Source: Flavobacteriaceae bacterium (lineage in GTDB: Bacteria > Bacteroidota > Bacteroidia > Flavobacteriales > Flavobacteriaceae). From it: a stretch of DNA of 49,410 bases. Location of the stretch: assembly GCA_013043825.1 (NCBI GenBank), contig JABDNM010000214.1, positions 1 through 49,410 on the forward strand, given 5' to 3'. Below the pieces are notes generated by a model that worked only from the letters and a program-made list of their open reading frames with translations, was not told where the DNA came from and made no database searches. The position numbers and the translations under genes are program-made. Shown in pieces: positions 25,940 to 35,737 of the stretch (the first letter of the stretch is position 1; the number at the start of each line of letters is the position of its first letter).

Positions 25940-27310
25940 TTGTCTAAAAAACCATCCATACCGAAAGGAACTCGCGATTTCTCACCTGCAGAAGTGGCCA
26001 GGCGAAGCTATATTATGGATGTGATGAAGCAGCAGTTCCAGGCTTTTGGATTCCAGCCCATCGAGACTCCCAGTTTCGAGAACAGCGAAACACTTATGGG
26101 GAAATACGGGGACGAGGGCGACCGGTTGATATTCAAAATTTTGAATAGTGGAGATTTTCTGAATAAAGTGGACGACCGCACCCTAAAGTCCAGGGATAGC
26201 GGAAAAATTGGACCCCGTATTTCGGAGAAAGCCCTGCGGTATGACCTAACAGTACCTTTTGCGCGGTATGTAGTACAGTACCAAAACGACATCACCTTTC
26301 CTTTCAAGCGTTATCAAATACAGCCTGTTTGGCGAGCCGACAGGCCACAAAAAGGCCGGTTCAGGGAGTTTTATCAATGCGATGCCGATGTGGTAGGAAG
26401 TAAGTCGTTGTGGCAGGAAGTGGAATTGGTGCAGTTGTATGACGCCGTTTTTTCAGCGTTAAATTTGAAAGGATCGATCATCAAACTGAACAATCGTAAA
26501 ATCCTGAGTGGGCTGGCAGAAGTAATTGGTGAAGAGGACAAGTTGATCGATTTCACAGTAGCTCTCGATAAGTTGGATAAAATAGGTGAGGAGGGTGTGA
26601 AAAAGGAAATGCGGGCCAAAGGAATTACGGTACGTGCATTGTCTGCTTTGCAACCTTTGTTTTCTATTTCGGGAGACGCCGCCGAAAAGCTTGAAAAGTT
26701 GAAAGAATTATTGGTCGCTTCGGAAGTTGGCCTGCAGGGAATCGACGAATTAAAATTCATTGTTGAAAAGGTCGCCAAACTTGGTTTGAAAACCGCTCAG
26801 TTGCAGATAGATGTTACCCTCGCTCGGGGACTCAACTACTATACAGGCGCTATCTTTGAAGTTGCTCCACCGGATAAAGTCGATATGGGAAGCATTGGCG
26901 GAGGAGGGAGATATGACGACCTTACCGGTATCTTCGGACTGAAAGACGTAAGTGGGGTTGGCATCTCTTTTGGTTTGGATCGAATTTACCTGGTTTTGGA
27001 GGAGCTAAACCTGTTTCCTGATACCGTGGTCGCAAATTCCAAGTTACTATTCCTCAACTTTGGTGAGCAAGAAGCACTATATGCTATGGAGGCCATTGCC
27101 GAATTGCGCAAGGTAGGGATCACTGCCGAGTTGTATCCGGACGAGGCCAAATTCAAAAAACAAATGGGCTATGCAGATAAGCGTGGGATCCCTTTCGTTG
27201 TACTGGCCGGCGAAGAGGAAATGAAGAAGAATGCGTATACCCTAAAAAACATGGAGTCGGGTGACCAGAAAACACTTTCATTTCAAGGCCTGAAAGATCT
27301 CTTATCCTGA
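25940..27310 (+). CDS. hisS: Histidine-tRNA ligase
   Basis: [39 protein letters not shown] and GGGRYD. A TTG start at 25940 is preferred; the track start at 25856 adds an atypical extension. Confidence 0.96.
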   Translation: MSKKPSIPKGTRDFSPAEVARRSYIMDVMKQQFQAFGFQPIETPSFENSETLMGKYGDEGDRLIFKILNSGDFLNKVDDRTLKSRDSGKIGPRISEKALRYDLTVPFARYVVQYQNDITFPFKRYQIQPVWRADRPQKGRFREFYQCDADVVGSKSLWQEVELVQLYDAVFSALNLKGSIIKLNNRKILSGLAEVIGEEDKLIDFTVALDKLDKIGEEGVKKEMRAKGITVRALSALQPLFSISGDAAEKLEKLKELLVASEVGLQGIDELKFIVEKVAKLGLKTAQLQIDVTLARGLNYYTGAIFEVAPPDKVDMGSIGGGGRYDDLTGIFGLKDVSGVGISFGLDRIYLVLEELNLFPDTVVANSKLLFLNFGEQEALYAMEAIAELRKVGITAELYPDEAKFKKQMGYADKRGIPFVVLAGEEEMKKNAYTLKNMESGDQKTLSFQGLKDLLS

Positions 27311-27311
27311 T

Positions 27312-27938
27312 CTAGTTCTTGGGCATTTCAGTTTTTATATTTTGAATCTGCTTTCTATGCCGTTCTGTATGTGCCCCACTAATGAGCAACAATTGATGCA
27401 AATCTCGATACATGGTGGGTCCCCGGCCACTGCTGGTATAGAATTGACGCAGGTCCTTGTTGGTGGTTTTTACGAAATCGATCAGCATGGCACGAATGTG
27501 CGAATATCCTGCCAAAGCTTCATCTTTTGAGCACCAGCGGCCCATGGGTTCCATATACGATGGTGACTTACCGGTATTTTGTGGTGTGATCTCCTTATAG
27601 GAAAGAATTTCTTCATCGGCAGCAAAATGGGACTCGACTTGTTCGGGAAGAGTGGGAAGTCCTGTGAGGACACGTGCCTCGCGATAGAAAAGTTCGTCAT
27701 GAACGATGAGGTGTTCTACCACCTCTGCGATCGACCAGACCGAATCAATGGCTTTCCAGCTCCATTCGGCTTCGTCTAGAGAAGTCACTTCTTCAACCAC
27801 TCCTTGATAACTATCCGTCAAGGAACTTATCAAAAAATTTTTTTCTTCCTGGGACCAGGACTTGGAATAGGTCATCTCTTTTGTGTTGGATTGACAGGAA
27901 ATTAGGGCAGTGAACAAGATGAAATAAATTAATTTCAT
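27312..27938 (-). CDS. DinB-family lipoprotein
   Basis: Lipobox LIS-C; WSIAEVVEHL and H..RH..QI. Confidence 0.8.
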   Translation of the reverse strand: MKLIYFILFTALISCQSNTKEMTYSKSWSQEEKNFLISSLTDSYQGVVEEVTSLDEAEWSWKAIDSVWSIAEVVEHLIVHDELFYREARVLTGLPTLPEQVESHFAADEEILSYKEITPQNTGKSPSYMEPMGRWCSKDEALAGYSHIRAMLIDFVKTTNKDLRQFYTSSGRGPTMYRDLHQLLLISGAHTERHRKQIQNIKTEMPKN

Positions 27939-27955
27939 CCAGTTAAAATACGAAA

Positions 27956-27985
27956 TAAAAAACCCAACAATTACATGTTGGGTTT
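27956..27985 (-). terminator. Terminator downstream of tRNA-Met
   Basis: AAACCCAACA/TGTTGGGTTT stem with a T-run on the minus strand. Confidence 0.8.
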
Positions 27986-27990
27986 GAATG

Positions 27991-28064
27991 TAGCGAGATC
28001 GAGACTTGAGCTCGAGACCTCCGGGTTATGAATCCGACGCTCTAACCACCTGAGCTACCTCGCC
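27991..28064 (-). tRNA. tRNA-Met (CAT anticodon; elongator-like; CCA not encoded)
   Basis: The minus strand GGCGAGGTAGCTCAGGTGGTTAGAGCGTCGGATTCATAACCCGGAGGTCTCGAGCTCAAGTCTCGATCTCGCTA folds as a cloverleaf. It lacks the initiator C1:A72 mismatch and the three G-C anticodon-stem pairs. Ile2 cannot be fully excluded. Confidence 0.92.
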
Positions 28065-28076
28065 GTTTTGAGTTTG

Positions 28077-28084
28077 CAAAGATA
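28077..28084 (-). promoter_or_regulatory. -7 promoter element for tRNA-Met
   Basis: Minus-strand TATCTTTG, 12 nt upstream of the tRNA. Confidence 0.7.
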
Positions 28085-28130
28085 GCAACAAATTAAAGCT
28101 GAACAAACCGTACCTTAAATTTTTACGCCA

Positions 28131-28235
28131 CTAATTCTCATCCCGAAAATTACGGTTGTATATGGAAATGACAGACACCACCCAAATAATGAAGAGGATG
28201 GCTGTAAAGATGCTATAACCTATGATCAACTCCAT
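28131..28235 (-). CDS. 34-aa single-TM small protein (not in ORF track)
   Basis: MELIIGYSIFTAILFIIWVVSVISIYNRNFRDEN; its ATG overlaps the stop of the upstream ORF (TAATG). Confidence 0.6.
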   Translation of the reverse strand: MELIIGYSIFTAILFIIWVVSVISIYNRNFRDEN

Positions 28236-28417
28236 TAGTTTCGTGGTTTTAAATAGATCATGAAGCCCAGGATAGTAGGTGCCCATAACCCTAAGAACAA
28301 AGCATCTATCTTACTTCCGGTTACAAAAATATATTCGGAAACGATGATGATCGAGAGCACCAATACCAGCATCATCACATTGATGGCTCCAACTTTCTTA
28401 ATAAAATTCTTTAACAT
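28235..28417 (-). CDS. 60-aa two-TM small membrane protein
   Basis: Two hydrophobic segments and a GLWAPT motif; fills an otherwise empty intergenic region. Confidence 0.7.
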   Translation of the reverse strand: MLKNFIKKVGAINVMMLVLVLSIIIVSEYIFVTGSKIDALFLGLWAPTILGFMIYLKPRN

Positions 28418-28685
28418 AGTCCGCGGTAATTAATCCCTCCCCTAAAATTGTAAATAAAAAGCGAGATATGCTAACAAAAAGCTCCTTAGTTTGTCCAGAC
28501 CCCTGGCCAATATTTTATAAGGTATTCAGATTCATCGCTCCACCGTTGATATAAATTTACGTCGCTTCGAAATGCCTAAATTTATTGGGATTGCCGAAAC
28601 TTATCTTATTCAAAAATTATTGAGGGATTCTTTTGCAGTTTGGAATTAATATCTATATTGGGCAAAAGCTAACTGATAATAACCA

Positions 28686-29072
28686 ATGGACGAGAAAGTA
28701 AAGTATGAAATGGAGTTCCCAATACATGTTTCTCCATCCCTCCTGTACCAATATATGTCAACTCCCTCCGGATTGAGTGAATGGTATGCCGACAATGTAA
28801 ATTCCCGAGGGGAGTATTTTACCTTCATTTGGGAGGGTAGCGAGGAAAAGGCCAAACTGCTCGGTAAGAAGAGTGGAGAGCGAATTAAATTCCGCTGGGA
28901 GGATGATTTTGATACCGATTACTACTTCGAGCTTCGAATTCAAGTGGATGAGATCACCAAGGATGTTTCGTTGATGGTAACCGATTTTGCCGATGAAGAT
29001 GAAGTTGAAGAAGGGAAAATGCTCTGGGATAATATGATCTCGAATTTAAAACATATTCTTGGTTCAACCTGA
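28686..29072 (+). CDS. START-like domain protein
   Basis: STPSGLSEWYADNV and F.WEGSEE pattern of Bacteroidota START-like proteins. Confidence 0.85.
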   Translation: MDEKVKYEMEFPIHVSPSLLYQYMSTPSGLSEWYADNVNSRGEYFTFIWEGSEEKAKLLGKKSGERIKFRWEDDFDTDYYFELRIQVDEITKDVSLMVTDFADEDEVEEGKMLWDNMISNLKHILGST

Positions 29073-29122
29073 TAAATGTGTATTGCGTCCCTTTCGGGCC
29101 ATGATGAAATAAAGTATCTTTG

Positions 29123-29147
29123 AACCGTCTTAATCAAGACGGTTTTT
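29123..29147 (+). terminator. Terminator-like hairpin after the START-like gene
   Basis: AACCGTCTT-AATC-AAGACGGTT plus T-run. Confidence 0.65.
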
Positions 29148-29149
29148 CT

Positions 29150-29992
29150 ATGGTTAATTACAACGGAACAATCCTAGCAGAGTCGAAAAGCTTACTGGCT
29201 TTCGAAAATCGTGGACTGCAATATGGAGACGCTGTCTTCGAAACCATCAAATTTTCCGGCGGGAAGATCTTTTTTTGGGAAGATCATTATTTCCGACTTA
29301 TGGCCAGTATGCGCATTCTGCGCATGGAGATTCCAATGAGTTTCACTATGGAATTCGTAGAAGATCAGATCAGACAAACGATAGCAGATGAAGATCAACA
29401 GCGGGCTTATCGCATCAAACTTTTGGTTTGGCGCGGCTGGGGAGGGAAGTATTCACCTTCTGCGAAAAGCATAGAATATTTGATCTCCTATGAAACTCTG
29501 GACGAACCATTTTATCTGCTGCCTGATGATGACTATGAAGTGGAACTATTCAAGGACCATTATGTGAATTCGGGTTTACTTTCAACGATAAAATCTACAA
29601 ATCGCTTGGTAAACATCCTTGGTAGTATTTATGCCGAAGAGAATGATTATAGTAATTGTCTTTTGTTGAATGAAAATAAGATGGTAGTCGAAGCACTGAA
29701 TGGGAACCTTTTCCTAGTGAATGGATATAAGATAAAAACTCCTCCTTTGGAAGATGGTTGCTTGAATGGAATAGTGCGGAAGCAATTGATCCGTATCCTG
29801 GGAGAATTGCCAGACTATATTTTGGAAGAATCCTCTGTTTCCCCCTTTGAATTACAGAAAGCCGATGAACTGTTCATCACCAATACTATCCTGGGGATTC
29901 GCCCAATAACCAAGTTCAGAAAAAAAACGTACAAAACCGAAGTGGCCGGTGATTTACTGGCTAAACTTAATGTGAAAGCCCGTTTGGGTTAA
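29150..29992 (+). CDS. Class IV PLP aminotransferase / aminodeoxychorismate lyase-like protein
   Basis: NRGLQYGDAVFET, H..RL, E....NLF, GCLNGIVR and DELFITN; ATG at 29150. Confidence 0.88.
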   Translation: MVNYNGTILAESKSLLAFENRGLQYGDAVFETIKFSGGKIFFWEDHYFRLMASMRILRMEIPMSFTMEFVEDQIRQTIADEDQQRAYRIKLLVWRGWGGKYSPSAKSIEYLISYETLDEPFYLLPDDDYEVELFKDHYVNSGLLSTIKSTNRLVNILGSIYAEENDYSNCLLLNENKMVVEALNGNLFLVNGYKIKTPPLEDGCLNGIVRKQLIRILGELPDYILEESSVSPFELQKADELFITNTILGIRPITKFRKKTYKTEVAGDLLAKLNVKARLG

Positions 29993-30549
29993 TTGAGGTT
30001 CGGATTTTCAGGAGCGTTCGACCAGATGAGGTAATCCCCGCCAAATTCGATCATCTTCTCTTTCCAGAAGTTTTCGCGACAACGACCAATGATCTCGTTC
30101 TGGGCTTCGTTTGGAGTGACCACCCAACTATGAACTTCCAATTCCTCTTCCAATTGTATGCTGGACCAACCAGAATACCCCAAGAAGAATTGTATTTGAT
30201 CATCTTTCAGCGTATTGTTTTCCAACATATCCAGTATGGTGTTGAAGTCGCCACCCCAGTAGATCCCATTAGAGATCTCGATACTATCGGGAATGAGGTC
30301 CGGCACTCGATGAATAAAGTATAGATTGTCCTGTTCAACAGGGCCACCATTGTATACACGTAAGTCGGAATTTACTTCAGGCAGGAAATCTTTCAGACAA
30401 TACTCGAGTGGCTTATTCAGAATAAAGCCTACAGAACCATTCTCGTTGTGCTCTGCCAGTAACACCACCGATCTATTAAAGGATACGTCTCCAATAATCG
30501 AAGGTTCGGCAACTAGAAGCACGCCTTTCGTTGGTTTTAAAGTGATCAT
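29989..30549 (-). CDS. YqgE/AlgH-family protein
   Basis: FNRSVVLL, GFILNKP, GGPV and FLGYSGW...QL..E. Confidence 0.9.
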   Translation of the reverse strand: MITLKPTKGVLLVAEPSIIGDVSFNRSVVLLAEHNENGSVGFILNKPLEYCLKDFLPEVNSDLRVYNGGPVEQDNLYFIHRVPDLIPDSIEISNGIYWGGDFNTILDMLENNTLKDDQIQFFLGYSGWSSIQLEEELEVHSWVVTPNEAQNEIIGRCRENFWKEKMIEFGGDYLIWSNAPENPNLN

Positions 30550-30630
30550 CTTCCATTGATTAGTAATCTAAATCTAAACAATAAAATTTAAACTACCAAT
30601 TCTTTTGAAAGGAATGGAAAGTAAGGAAAT

Positions 30631-30658
30631 AAAAAGCCCTGCCGGGATTGGCAGGGCT
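30631..30658 (-). terminator. Terminator downstream of the HU gene
   Basis: AGCCCTGCC/GGCAGGGCT stem with T5 on the minus strand. Confidence 0.85.
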
Positions 30659-30687
30659 ATACTCTGTATTAGAGATTTAATACGGTC

Positions 30688-30960
30688 TTAGTTTACACTA
30701 CTCGATAAATCTGAACCTGCTTTAAATTTTACTACGTTCTTAGCGGCGATTCTGATTGTTTTTCCCGTTTGAGGGTTTCTTCCTTCTCTTGCAGCTCTTC
30801 TTGAAACTGACCAAGATCCGAAACCAACTAGAGATACTCTATTTCCTCTTTTAAGGGACTTTTCTACATTTCCCAAGAAAGATTCCAATGCTTTTTTTGC
30901 TGCTGCTTTTGTGATCCCAGCTTCTGATGCCATTCCATCGATTAAATCTGATTTGTTCAT
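30688..30960 (-). CDS. hup: HU DNA-binding protein
   Basis: MNKSDLI, LVGFGSW, ARE.RNPQTG and VKFKAG. Confidence 0.96.
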   Translation of the reverse strand: MNKSDLIDGMASEAGITKAAAKKALESFLGNVEKSLKRGNRVSLVGFGSWSVSRRAAREGRNPQTGKTIRIAAKNVVKFKAGSDLSSSVN

Positions 30961-31144
30961 AGTTTACTATTTAAAATTAATTGTTGGTTAAACTTCCAAA
31001 TATTTGCTGTACAAATTTAGTCGGATTATCGGTTCACGCAAGTAATGACGGGCTAAATCCCCGTTTTTGTTGATAACTTGGAGCCTTTGTTAATAACGGA
31101 AGCAAATTTGTCGGAATTTTAATCAGTTCAGTAATGACAAGGGT

Positions 31145-32092
31145 TTACACGAATTTGGCATCCGCCTCAAAAATATACCCGTTCAACAGGTCTGAAACCT
31201 CCATTTTCCGTTTTCCAGGCAATTGCATTACCTTAATATATAAATAACCATCAAGCACCGAAACTTGTAAGGATTTTTTGGTGGCAGTTATTTTACCCGG
31301 TGTGTCGTCGTGTTTCACTTTTTCAAAGTTCGCCGAATAGATCTTTACCTTCGTTTCTTCAGCATTATTGATAAGCACCGTCCATGCTGACGGATAAGGA
31401 GAAAGCCCTCGGACAAAGGCCTCCAACCTGTTTCCATTCCAGGTCCAATCGATCTGGGTGTTTTCGGAATGTAACTTGGGCGCTGGATTCCAATCTCCAT
31501 CCATGGGTTGTGGTTTAGGTATCGCGCGATCCTCACGAATGAGTTTAACGGTTTCAAGGACCAGGCCGCTTCCTGCCTCCATGAGCTTGTCGTGCAAACT
31601 ACCAGCCGTCTCTTTGGTTTCGATAGCAACTTCCCTGTTTGCGATGATCGCTCCTGTATCGATCTTTTCATCGATGAAAAAAGTAGTAACCCCTGTTTTG
31701 ACTTCCCCATTGATCACAGCCCAATTGATAGGCGCAGCTCCCCGGTAATCGGGGAGGAGGGAGGCATGTAAATTAAAAGTACCGAAGTCCGGAAGAGCCC
31801 AAACTACTTTGGGTAACATTCTGAAAGCCACCACAATTTGAAGGTTAGCACCCAAGGTTTTTAATTCATCGAGAAATGCTTCGTCTTTCAGATTGATTGG
31901 CTGTAGAACCCGAAGACCCTGTTTTGTCGCATACGCTTTCACAGCAGATTCACGCAACATCCTGCCCCGTCCAGCCGGCTTGTCGGGTGTTGTGATCACT
32001 CCAACGATCTGCTCGCCGGCATCCACGAGCGACTTCAATACTCCAACAGCAAAATCTGGAGTTCCCATAAATACAATGCGAAGATCTCTCAT
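31145..32092 (-). CDS. fmt: Methionyl-tRNA formyltransferase
   Basis: FMGTPDFA, PDKPAGRG and NLHASLLPDYRGAAPINW. Confidence 0.97.
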   Translation of the reverse strand: MRDLRIVFMGTPDFAVGVLKSLVDAGEQIVGVITTPDKPAGRGRMLRESAVKAYATKQGLRVLQPINLKDEAFLDELKTLGANLQIVVAFRMLPKVVWALPDFGTFNLHASLLPDYRGAAPINWAVINGEVKTGVTTFFIDEKIDTGAIIANREVAIETKETAGSLHDKLMEAGSGLVLETVKLIREDRAIPKPQPMDGDWNPAPKLHSENTQIDWTWNGNRLEAFVRGLSPYPSAWTVLINNAEETKVKIYSANFEKVKHDDTPGKITATKKSLQVSVLDGYLYIKVMQLPGKRKMEVSDLLNGYIFEADAKFV

Positions 32093-32122
32093 AGGGTTAC
32101 TTTTCAGCAGCTTGGGGTTGGG

Positions 32123-34021
32123 TTACTTCTTAAAATATTGATTGATCGCATTCAATTTGATTTTTCCAGCATCCAGTAAAAGCTGGATCACCGATAAGAC
32201 CAGTGATTCGTCTAAATTAAGACTTTCAACAATGCTACGCGAATCCATGGGTCGTTCATCGACCATATTCAGAATTTTCCTTGAAGTTTCCTCGATGGTT
32301 GCAGTGTTCTCACCTGGTTCTAATTGCTTGCAATAGGAACAGATCCCACATGGGGTATCATTTACTTCTCCGAAATAACGTACTAACAACAATTGCTTGC
32401 AATGGCTGTTATCCTCCAAATAATCAATCACCTTTCCTACCTGACTCTGTTTTCTGGACTTCATTCGCTCAATATCATCCCGTAACGGGTTGATTGTTTT
32501 ATCATCCTCTCGTGGTACAAGGAAGGTAATAGAAGCATCGGTTTGATGAATTTTTAAGTCAATCAGGGATTGCTTTTCCATTTCCTGCAGAATCTGGATC
32601 ACTTTCTCCACAGACATCCCCATCTTTTTTGATACCAGGACCAGATCGATGGCGTTAGCTGTTTCAAAGACCCCTCCGTACATACGTAAGATAGTTTTTC
32701 CCACAACCGAGAACGACTGCTGTTGTTCGAATTCTTTTAACAGGACGGAGGACGACACCAAAAACTGCAACATAGACTTTCTTCCAAATTCTTTCGATAG
32801 ACGCAATACGCCCAGTCGGTCAAGCAGGGTGAGGCCATTGTAGGCATTTAACGTGTTCAGCTTATACACCTGGCAAAACTCGGTGAAATTAAAACTGTGG
32901 TTGGTATACTCGCCTTCGCCGTAGGAGATCTGAAAATAATTATAGAGTGTTCGCAACAGTCTTTTCACTTCTTTAGTATCCGGCATGGATTCGACAAATT
33001 GTTTTTTGACCAACCGTTTATCATCTTCATTATAAAGTATAGTAGCCGTGGCAGCTTCACCATCCCTGCCCGCACGTCCAGCCTCCTGGAAATAGCTCTC
33101 AATGCTCTCCGGTAGTTGGACATGGATCACCTGGCGAACGTTTCCATGATCGATTCCCATCCCAAAAGCGTTTGTAGAAACCATGACAGGCACTTGTTCA
33201 CCCTTCCAGTCTGCCAGGCGATTCTTTTTATCTTCGGAAGAGATCCCACCATGATAAAACGATGACGTTATCCCAACCTGGTTCAGATGGGCACTTAGTT
33301 CTTCCGCCTGATTGCGATTTCGGACGTAAACAATAGAATTCCCGGCTTCATTTTTTAACATATTCTCCAATCGATAGGGTTTATCGGTTTCGAACTTAAC
33401 CTGGTAGGAGAGATTGGATCGGACGAAGGAATTTTTAAAGACTGCGGCCTCCTTCAACTTAAGTTGTTCTATGGTGTCTTCCAAGACCTCTACGGTGGCG
33501 GTAGCAGTGAGAGCGATCACCGGGACATAGGGATGTAGTTCTCGCAACAGGTGAATGTTGCGATAGGCCGGTCGAAAATCATTACCCCACTGCGAAATGC
33601 AATGTGCTTCGTCCACTGCGATGAGGTTGACATTCATTCGTTTTATGGCGTTTTGAACAATTTCCTGCTGTAATCGTTCCGGGGAAAGATACAGGAACTT
33701 GTAATTGCCATACTGGGCATTATCCAATAGGGTATTGAGTTCAGTAAAAGTGATTCCACCAGTGATGGCCAATGCTTTTATCCCGGAATCACCCAGTGCC
33801 TTCACCTGGTCTGCCATCAATGCGACGAGGGGCGATATAACGATACAAATTCCTTCGATGGCTAAGGCTGGTACCTGGAAGCAAAGAGATTTCCCTCCTC
33901 CCGTGGGTAGCAGGGCGACGGTGTCTTTACCCGCTAATACATGGTTGATGATCTCCTCCTGTTTGGGTTTGAATTGGGTATATCCCCAGTAGTCGTTCAA
34001 GATATGAAGAGGCGAGGTCAA
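32123..34021 (-). CDS. recQ: RecQ-family ATP-dependent DNA helicase
   Basis: LPTGGGKSLCFQ, DEAHCISQWG.DFR, QEAGRAGRDG and Zn-binding C...CGICSYC; TTG start coupled to the upstream stop. Confidence 0.93.
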   Translation of the reverse strand: MTSPLHILNDYWGYTQFKPKQEEIINHVLAGKDTVALLPTGGGKSLCFQVPALAIEGICIVISPLVALMADQVKALGDSGIKALAITGGITFTELNTLLDNAQYGNYKFLYLSPERLQQEIVQNAIKRMNVNLIAVDEAHCISQWGNDFRPAYRNIHLLRELHPYVPVIALTATATVEVLEDTIEQLKLKEAAVFKNSFVRSNLSYQVKFETDKPYRLENMLKNEAGNSIVYVRNRNQAEELSAHLNQVGITSSFYHGGISSEDKKNRLADWKGEQVPVMVSTNAFGMGIDHGNVRQVIHVQLPESIESYFQEAGRAGRDGEAATATILYNEDDKRLVKKQFVESMPDTKEVKRLLRTLYNYFQISYGEGEYTNHSFNFTEFCQVYKLNTLNAYNGLTLLDRLGVLRLSKEFGRKSMLQFLVSSSVLLKEFEQQQSFSVVGKTILRMYGGVFETANAIDLVLVSKKMGMSVEKVIQILQEMEKQSLIDLKIHQTDASITFLVPREDDKTINPLRDDIERMKSRKQSQVGKVIDYLEDNSHCKQLLLVRYFGEVNDTPCGICSYCKQLEPGENTATIEETSRKILNMVDERPMDSRSIVESLNLDESLVLSVIQLLLDAGKIKLNAINQYFKK

Positions 34022-34563
34022 AACAGGCGATCCAATTTTTTAATGATGAATTGTGTTCGATGTTCCAAGGTGCCTACGGGAACTTCAATTACATCGTAAC
34101 CGAAACCTTCATAACCCTTTTGAAGATAATTGAAGATGATTCGTGCTTCTTTAAATGATTCATAACGTTCATTATCCCGGACGTAGATATCCTTCCATGG
34201 AGGAAGTAAGAAAACAGCATCGTAGAGATAGGAGTTGCATATCTCCCTGAACTTATCATTATATTCTGTACCCAGATAATTCATATATGAAGTTACATCG
34301 GGCATTCCACGATCATAAAATAGATAGGGAGCATCGACGTGTACCGACTGGTGATATTGCCGGAGTCTTCCTTCCAAAAGCATTTCACTGAAAAGAATCG
34401 GGTTTTCAAGGAATAGTTGGTCGATCCCCTCTGCCTGGGCCTTTTTAGTCACCGCTCTTGAAATCTCGGGCAACGTATGGTAGCCAGCCTTGGTGAGGTG
34501 CTCGATAAGTGCGGTTTTTCCGGTTCCCGGACCCCCGGTTATAACAATGCGTTTGGTTTTCAA
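34018..34563 (-). CDS. P-loop ATPase (AAA_28-like)
   Basis: ITGGPGTGKT, YDRG.PD and LLPPW..IY..DNER.E. Confidence 0.85.
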   Translation of the reverse strand: MKTKRIVITGGPGTGKTALIEHLTKAGYHTLPEISRAVTKKAQAEGIDQLFLENPILFSEMLLEGRLRQYHQSVHVDAPYLFYDRGMPDVTSYMNYLGTEYNDKFREICNSYLYDAVFLLPPWKDIYVRDNERYESFKEARIIFNYLQKGYEGFGYDVIEVPVGTLEHRTQFIIKKLDRLF

Positions 34564-34716
34564 CCTTTAGATTTTATAAATGTAATTGAGTAGCTGTAAT
34601 ATTTGTTAATCTACTCGATTTATCGACAGTTCAATTTATAATAATGTACAAATATCGGAACAATTTATTGATGTTGAAAAGTGTATCTTTGCCTAGACTT
34701 TTTTGAAGTGAATGCT

Positions 34717-35007
34717 ATGAAAAAAAATGGGAGTTCTAAGGACTTTTATGATCGTTTACGAACACAGCTGGAAGCAGATACTGCCTGGCCTTCACCCTAT
34801 ATGTATAAGTTCATTGTGCCATCTATTTTGGAGAAAGTAGCGGAGATTCGTGCAATATTTGATGGCACGGATGCCTTCGTTCAAACCCGGGATTCCTCCA
34901 AAGGAAATTATACCAGCGTTTCCATACGTGTGACCATGAATTCTCCGGATGCCGTGATCGAAAAATATTTGGAAGTTTCCAAGGTTGAAGGAGTCATTTC
35001 CTTATAA
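34717..35007 (+). CDS. DUF493-family protein
   Basis: WPSPYMYKFIV and SSKGNYTSVS; ATG at 34717 lies downstream of TATCTTTG (34684-34691). Confidence 0.85.
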   Translation: MKKNGSSKDFYDRLRTQLEADTAWPSPYMYKFIVPSILEKVAEIRAIFDGTDAFVQTRDSSKGNYTSVSIRVTMNSPDAVIEKYLEVSKVEGVISL

Positions 35008-35067
35008 TTTTAGTATTTTGCGGTCGTTATCACTTCTACGAAGCAATTACTTCCTAAAAACATCATT

Positions 35068-35715
35068 TTGATAGACGATATAGAATACAATACAGAGCGT
35101 GAGCATTTGATTATACCTGAATATGGACGCCATATTCAGAAAATGGTGGCGCATGCGGTTTCCTTGAAAGACAAGGAAGCCAGAAATAATTGTGCCAAGA
35201 GCATCATTGCTGTTATGGGGAACCTGAATCCCCATTTACGAGACGTCCCAGACTTTCAGCATAAATTATGGGATCAACTATTTATCATTTCCGATTTTAA
35301 GCTGGATGCGGACTCTCCGTTTCCCAAGCCCTCAAGGGAAGAATTGGCCGAGCGGCCCGATCCTCTGGGATATCCACAAAATCACCCGAAATATCGCTTC
35401 TATGGAAATAATATCAAGCGAATGATCGATGTGGCAAATAGTTGGGAGGCCGGAGACAAAAAAGACGGCCTGGTGATCACCATTGCTAACCACATGAAAA
35501 AATGCTTTTTGAATTGGAACAAAGATACGGTGGAAGACGATGTGATCTTCGAACACCTCTATGAACTATCCGGGGGTAAGATCAACTTGCGTAACAGCGA
35601 TGAAGACCTGTCTGATTCGCAACAACTCCTGAAAAATAAAAAACGTTTCGCCAAGCAGCAATCTTCCGGTAAAAAAGGAGGCGGTAAAGGAAACAGAGGT
35701 AGAAAACGTTACTAA
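35068..35715 (+). CDS. DUF4290 domain protein
   Basis: EYNT.R..L.IPEYGRHIQKM and FQHKLWDQL; sits directly upstream of murA. Confidence 0.85.
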   Translation: MIDDIEYNTEREHLIIPEYGRHIQKMVAHAVSLKDKEARNNCAKSIIAVMGNLNPHLRDVPDFQHKLWDQLFIISDFKLDADSPFPKPSREELAERPDPLGYPQNHPKYRFYGNNIKRMIDVANSWEAGDKKDGLVITIANHMKKCFLNWNKDTVEDDVIFEHLYELSGGKINLRNSDEDLSDSQQLLKNKKRFAKQQSSGKKGGGKGNRGRKRY

Positions 35716-35737
35716 TCGCATCTTGCTCGCTTAGTTT

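Noticed and set aside
27312-28417. Possible genomic island integrated at tRNA-Met
   Set aside because: No integrase, no visible duplicated tRNA 3' end, and no obvious compositional shift.
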